A stretch of 64,000 nt of DNA from IMG/VR virus record IMGVR_UViG_3300010160_000035, positions 15,639-79,638 of that record; one strand, written 5' to 3'. Source of the stretch: a virus. Position numbers and translations under genes: made by a program. Every line of letters starts with the position of its first letter. Position 1 is the stretch's first letter. The notes below the pieces were generated by a model. The model made no database searches. It had not been told where the DNA came from and saw only the letters and a list, made by a program, of their open reading frames with translations. This document shows, piece by piece, positions 60,801-64,000 of this stretch.

Positions 60801-62998
60801 GAGGTGGTATGTATATTTATGCTGATGGTGGTATGATGCCACCAGAACAGCAAATGATGCAACAGCAACAAATGCAACAACAAGCACCACAAGAACAGAT
60901 GCAACAACAGAGTGGTGGTCAAGACCAAATGATGCAAATGGTTCAGCAAGTTGAACAAATGTTACAGCAGGGTGCAGAACCTCAACAAGTAATGCAACAA
61001 CTTGTACAGTCTGGAGTACCACAAGAACAAGCACAACAAGTTGTTCAAATGGCTATGCAAGATTTACAAAGTCAAATGCAACAACAACCTCAAGAACAAC
61101 CTATGCAACAAGGTGAGCAACCTATGCAAGGTCAAGAACAACAAATGCCTCCTCAACAAGGTATGGCTAGAGGTGGTAGATTACCTAAAGATATTTTAAG
61201 AGCAAGAGCAGAAGCTCATATGTCTCCAGAAAAAGCAGCTAATTATGTAAATAATTATGCTATGGGTGGTAAAATGTATTATAAAGGTGGTCTTAATAAT
61301 AACAATGACCGTGAACATCGTAGGAAAATGAGAACAGACCCTGTATACAGAGAAGCATATAATCGTAAAATGGAAAGCTATAATGCTGCAATGGGTAATA
61401 AAAGCCAAGACTTTATAGATAAAGATGCAAAACTTCAAGAAGAAAGTAGAAGAAATTTTACATACCTTAGTCCATATACTGATCAAAATGAATTACGTGA
61501 TGCTACTGATTATTCAAAACAATTAACAGCTAATCCAGTAGGCCCAATTGCAGGTCCAGTTAATATGTATAATCAATACACAAATCCATACTCTTTATCA
61601 GACTTTCAAGAAGAAAAACTTGCTCAAAATGAAAGTTTAATGAATAGGTCTTTAAATGTAAATGCTAATCAACCTAAAGCACAACCAGAAACTGTACCTA
61701 CATTAAATAGAATAGAACAAAATTATTTTGATACTAGTAATTCATATAATCCTAATCCTTCATTACCTAATAATGAATTAGGGTCAATGCCTTCAACAGC
61801 TCCAACTTCTCCATTTAAACCAGAAGCAATGCCATATGATGATGAAATAGATTATACTGAAATACCAAACACTACACCTGTTAAATTAACAGGGTGGAAT
61901 ATGCCTAACTCCACTGCTAAAATTCCAGGTCCTATAAGTCCAAATACAATAGGCCCTAATGGTCCTATTACAGAAGAACAAGCTATTGCTCAAGGTTGGG
62001 AACCAGAACAACTAACAACTAAAACTCCACCACCTACTAAAAATGGTTTATCTACTTCAGATTGGATGGATTTAGGTACTGGAGCTTTATCATTAGCTGG
62101 ACCTATTTCACAATTCTTTCAAAAGAAACCAAAACCATTTCAGTATAAAAAAGCAAGTGCTACAACACTAGATCCTACAACAGCTATTGTACTTGCTAAC
62201 CAAGCTTCAAGAGAAGCCCAAGCTACATCTGATTATAACATTAAACAAAATGCTCCTACATCAGGAAGTTATTTAGCTAACATAAGAGGCAATGCTTTAC
62301 AATTTGGTAAACAACGTGGATTAGGTGCAGCTGGTATTAGAAGTCAATATGATTTACAAAATGCAGGCATCTTAAATCAATTTGGACAATACAATACTGA
62401 TATTGAAAACAGAAATATTGATGCTATACAACAAGACCAAGCTAACTTTCAAGAACAAAGAACTAATGCTCTTTATAATGCAGGTGCTAATGTAGCAGGT
62501 ATGCGTAAAGATTATAAAGCTAATAAGATTAATGAAATAATTGCTAAAAATATTGGTACTAATAATTGGCAGTATGATGAAGCTACACAAACTATTAAAT
62601 ATAAGACACCTAGTGGTCAAACAGTTAGTATGCCAGTACAAGCTGTTACTGCAAATAATACTCAAACTACAACAACTGCACCAGCAGTAACACAGCCTAC
62701 TCAAGCAAATACTCAACCTGCTGCATCTGCTAATCCACCTGCTACAACTGTTGATAATTTTACAATGCCAAATGAATTACAAAAAGGTAATGAAACTAAA
62801 GCATTTCAAGATTTCTTAGATGCTGGTGATATTCCTTGGTATAAAGGAAGTAAACTAGGACGTGGTAAAGGTTATGGTACATTTGGACCTAATACTAGAG
62901 CAGCATATGCTAAGTATAAAGATGCGTATGCTGAAAAACAAAAAGAAACTGCAAGGTTAATGTATAATATACAAAATCCTAATAATCCAATAAAATAA
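54830..62998 (+). CDS. Giant multi-module putative virion cargo (ejection) protein with repeated AxGG motifs
   Basis: 2722 aa directly after the muzzle gene; HExxH, ART-like, Gly-rich TM-like, Q-rich and PG-binding modules. Confidence 0.75.
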   Translation: MAEKNSLWKNIREKAKQNRASGATPKKPTTEMLRQERKIRAQKADGGPVKENPLYKSNEDYVYNQWVQSMPENLRQESTGYNMRGAWEGGLEPEMFYRDEQGNFRTAHEPHPFNPTYEPHLGSRNPNTGEILKSPEHHTYDMGIEGDIRAGYTPRVDAKTGKMYSTNSSDPTTAGPFKGYAVGGPTKKDGYLSTPVEQVSTGSLYNPISNRIHSDPNDPAEALPHEYYHAWQHEQGLDRIPELYDGPLRQPQTPWLDELTADYYNRRSAEENQINNEFRGQNPSFNFVPNDVMYDKYTNDEMYNRPYTMEGEARATESPEGRAWLKNNGILPQGVENMYKAKGGPVGEDELSFLERPLSMPMEGYEWESRPENHVKEPVKKTNYSNPKSKEQGKSSKDWKDDLYLTEQQLQNQTLRKKGTPYNLPKTSDQLQAVGEHFFDPKRVNSVGENLLEIIDPTGISSWDDASTSYNSKNPTSFESIANYGSVIPVLGKIPQAAKSILRGWNAINGAWDINKDNFAEGGYYPTQGPPKALFKGYAEGGYMYPGGGYTLPSGLDPTKPTRQDSLMLFNNALEKIKFYKGNPDYQRLAVDKNLRDPNNTIPHTNFKDPIQRKKLIKEGNSQPNKKVTQKHIDEAIKNALSVKPVTPLEASKLKAQLNKNRFGKIPNTNLTSFGDVLFSGSDDIYNPLAPPIYLHPNITPQGSESYESYRWGDSTDIPYYDPIAVAPFDKLTTEQKEKRVEKYGDVGVPQSYMNTRKKNTTNTLTSTTTLKKAGNSTTIIPNTQPKPIQIDRLEPLRLTNLQTQETPLKLNLSNTEYKEPFKPSRVVLREMGNIRRYNNNEPYKATHEVYVDDGNQWRPVSNAEREKYIQQYPGSDQPLGWTGKKEHATGGYLNQYQQYSTGSFVGEDDKLPKLPSNSYVNKEGVINGPVLTEQGWQVPKTKDNTPIVNLREVEIISTPTGESRFNSTPNPYSPVTGIEFLNSGFNPINWFLPNTEKQVQPIDPKTGMPFPASGKADYDYGTEMALAAPLAQGVKSISKGVNKAYNTVATGNSALPIAWKSPAVGLSQEISDDMFKSLINSGKLSDAERAVVIDYQYNSRPFTGRSGTVNVEKRNQINDIIKKYTINADNTAIATRKFNPKNNSIGATIENGTLNFGDRPTSFSAGVGKSGYGSGSVDRIVIPNRSLKNLNKQFTANSYDPISEEALKGLEIDPQFINHNYNNSAIGTLRDERELVGTGLNLKQVGKVKNDIGGYDWIVQHKKQAEGGYTMKNNQSWRNYLQYAQGGKTNNDKNTLLNSIISNNLGSNVTDDKGGRGYDYWINKLQNEDNLTLEEAQHVFGALENPMANRNPLYNSIPFREEDYDSPPDASQFDLYTGNQDRANIRRYRPDQNLQPKKPFGYGEPEYAQGGYTNPYNQYQDDPHYQYKVGGKTWQGVGSTAWNVLSGTLNTVTGGLTTGIMDMGEEGLQKMANPNFDPNNPEDVKAMRQIETAGGAGEIAGSWLGLTLNPANVGSAVAGTGKGANDIVQASTASDDAKQWSQGISGVMQLGHQMNGMNSASSTGSTPGGSAPGAGAGAGEGVSKFGDILTNFSGSDFGKDAKKAMPYINQAAGMASGNKGSLLEQGVARQDYLNSPEYLALKNQGDITVNNGITFSQGGNITNNSLNLRNTMRYKRFAQGGTFDQYGINMIPDSAGLHHESAYGGVPIGPNALAEGGEIKMDTGDGGQYIVSDQVDGAESQKDFTFSKGGKYKELNRTLADGMKQDLTKYTFGSLATSDRVKGDLRRPNDSYSQSTIEQIKQKWQEKTEYARQRSQQEQAIAQAEEQKRMAEEQYIAAYGGRINPKKYPGLNYAKGGIHIKPENRGKFTASAEAAGHTVQEHASAVLNNPNATPLQKKRANFARNAAKWHHADGGYVHNQMTQPMLATGGPLYGDPASPYTYAMGGMYGDPYARGGQIDYTNDMYSSYAGGGPMVSNVPQAFNGPSAQNRGGMYIYADGGMMPPEQQMMQQQQMQQQAPQEQMQQQSGGQDQMMQMVQQVEQMLQQGAEPQQVMQQLVQSGVPQEQAQQVVQMAMQDLQSQMQQQPQEQPMQQGEQPMQGQEQQMPPQQGMARGGRLPKDILRARAEAHMSPEKAANYVNNYAMGGKMYYKGGLNNNNDREHRRKMRTDPVYREAYNRKMESYNAAMGNKSQDFIDKDAKLQEESRRNFTYLSPYTDQNELRDATDYSKQLTANPVGPIAGPVNMYNQYTNPYSLSDFQEEKLAQNESLMNRSLNVNANQPKAQPETVPTLNRIEQNYFDTSNSYNPNPSLPNNELGSMPSTAPTSPFKPEAMPYDDEIDYTEIPNTTPVKLTGWNMPNSTAKIPGPISPNTIGPNGPITEEQAIAQGWEPEQLTTKTPPPTKNGLSTSDWMDLGTGALSLAGPISQFFQKKPKPFQYKKASATTLDPTTAIVLANQASREAQATSDYNIKQNAPTSGSYLANIRGNALQFGKQRGLGAAGIRSQYDLQNAGILNQFGQYNTDIENRNIDAIQQDQANFQEQRTNALYNAGANVAGMRKDYKANKINEIIAKNIGTNNWQYDEATQTIKYKTPSGQTVSMPVQAVTANNTQTTTTAPAVTQPTQANTQPAASANPPATTVDNFTMPNELQKGNETKAFQDFLDAGDIPWYKGSKLGRGKGYGTFGPNTRAAYAKYKDAYAEKQKETARLMYNIQNPNNPIK

Positions 62999-63001
62999 GA
63001 T

Positions 63002-64000
63002 ATGAATAGATTTTACAAACCAACACCAAGAGAATATGTATCTACACATGTAGATATGCCTTGGGAATTTTTACAAGGAGTTGCTGAACAAAAGCAAAAA
63101 GGTTATGACTCTGCTTTAGGGTTAGGTGATTCAGGTTCTAAGTTACTTGACTTCAATGCTATACCTGGAGACTATGAACAAAAGCAAGCTGTTCAAAATA
63201 AGTATAATGATAGATTTGCTGAAATCACAGACTATATTCAAAAGACTGGTGATTCTACAGGAGCATCAAGAGCATTTACTAATGTAATTAGAGATATCAC
63301 TAAAGATAGAAGTATTCAAATTATGAAAGCTGCTTATGAACCTTGGCAAAAAGATAGGGAAGCAGACTTAAATCTTGAAGGTAAAGCTACTCCATTTAGC
63401 AGACCTTTTAATTATATGCATAGTACCTTTGATGAAAAACTAGGTGACTTTAAACCATATTCACAAAGAAGAGGTTATGAAGGTATTGCAGTTGGTAAAC
63501 AGTTTAAGGAAGAATTTGAACAATCAATTGCTAATGTGCATGCTGATACACATGGTGAAAGAATTCATAAAAATGCAAATGGTGATTGGGTTGATAGATC
63601 TAATACAAGAGTAACTAAAGAAAGATTAAAACCTTTACTTGATGCATCCTTAAAAGAATTAATACCTAGATATTCACAATATGTAGGTGACTTTGTTAGT
63701 TGGGAAAAGAAACAAGGTAAGTCAGGATATGAATGGTTAAATAATATGACTGCTCAAATAGCTGGTGAAAGACTTGTTGATGATTCTACAATTAAATATA
63801 TTGAAAGTGAATTTAATACTGGTAGAAGACTTAAAGAGCTAGAAGGAGCATCTAATATGTTTGAAACAACAGGTATGGTATCTCCAAGAAATTTAAGTTA
63901 CAAACAACTACTTGAAGCTAAAAATACAGGAACAGCAGGTATAGCAGACTTAGAAAAAAGAATAGCATCTAGTGGTAATTCAGTTGAAAAAGCACAGCTA
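63002..64000 (+). CDS. Next putative cargo/ejection protein (truncated by the window)
   Basis: MNRFYKPTPREYVSTHVDMPWEFL; frame appears open to the window end. Confidence 0.7.
   Translation, partial: MNRFYKPTPREYVSTHVDMPWEFLQGVAEQKQKGYDSALGLGDSGSKLLDFNAIPGDYEQKQAVQNKYNDRFAEITDYIQKTGDSTGASRAFTNVIRDITKDRSIQIMKAAYEPWQKDREADLNLEGKATPFSRPFNYMHSTFDEKLGDFKPYSQRRGYEGIAVGKQFKEEFEQSIANVHADTHGERIHKNANGDWVDRSNTRVTKERLKPLLDASLKELIPRYSQYVGDFVSWEKKQGKSGYEWLNNMTAQIAGERLVDDSTIKYIESEFNTGRRLKELEGASNMFETTGMVSPRNLSYKQLLEAKNTGTAGIADLEKRIASSGNSVEKAQL

Noticed and set aside
4259-62716. Short opposite-strand or nested ORFs in the track (for example 4259, 10386, 10719, 24169, 30578, 40306, 41920, 49223, 60731, 62372)
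   Set aside because: They are shadows of long genes with clear motifs and have no independent support.
54830-62998. Giant ORF as the virion RNA polymerase
   Set aside because: No DxDxD (DFDID-type) catalytic motif was seen; the polymerase gene probably lies beyond the right edge.
1-64000. Stop-codon reassignment, known in some crAss-like phages
   Set aside because: Long genes are intact under the standard code, TAG and TGA end genes at tight junctions, and no suppressor tRNA was seen.

Overview
This 64 kb AT-rich window comes from a crAss-like (Crassvirales-type) podophage. A Bacteroidota host is indicated by TAnnTTTG promoters and T9SS-type genes. The genome switches strand near 20.1 kb. 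The minus-strand arm (1-20 kb) carries replication and early genes: an M28-like peptidase, DnaB-like and SF2 helicases, a family A DNA polymerase, an HNH endonuclease and many small ORFs. It also holds a tmRNA, an aberrant tRNA-Arg-like element and long structured intergenic spacers. The plus-strand arm (20.5-64 kb) carries GroES-like and ferritin-like genes, TerL, portal, major capsid protein, ring/hub/fiber proteins, two lysins, a T9SS-cargo-like cassette, the tail muzzle and cargo genes. The most notable observations are: (1) a 2722-aa putative virion cargo protein built from effector-like modules (zincin HExxH, R-S-E ADP-ribosyltransferase, PT-TG-like, peptidoglycan-binding) separated by about 25 [Y/F/H]-A-x-G-G motifs, a candidate processed polyprotein; (2) a phage tmRNA with a long, non-canonical 36-residue tag ending VLELV; (3) a D-arm-less tRNA-Arg(UCU)-like RNA beside an orphan tRNA 5' half; (4) phage-encoded signal-peptide proteins with T9SS C-terminal domains; (5) families of repeated intergenic RNA stems and a shared pre-ATG motif in the early region. 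All functional calls come from motif recognition by eye; no database searches were run.
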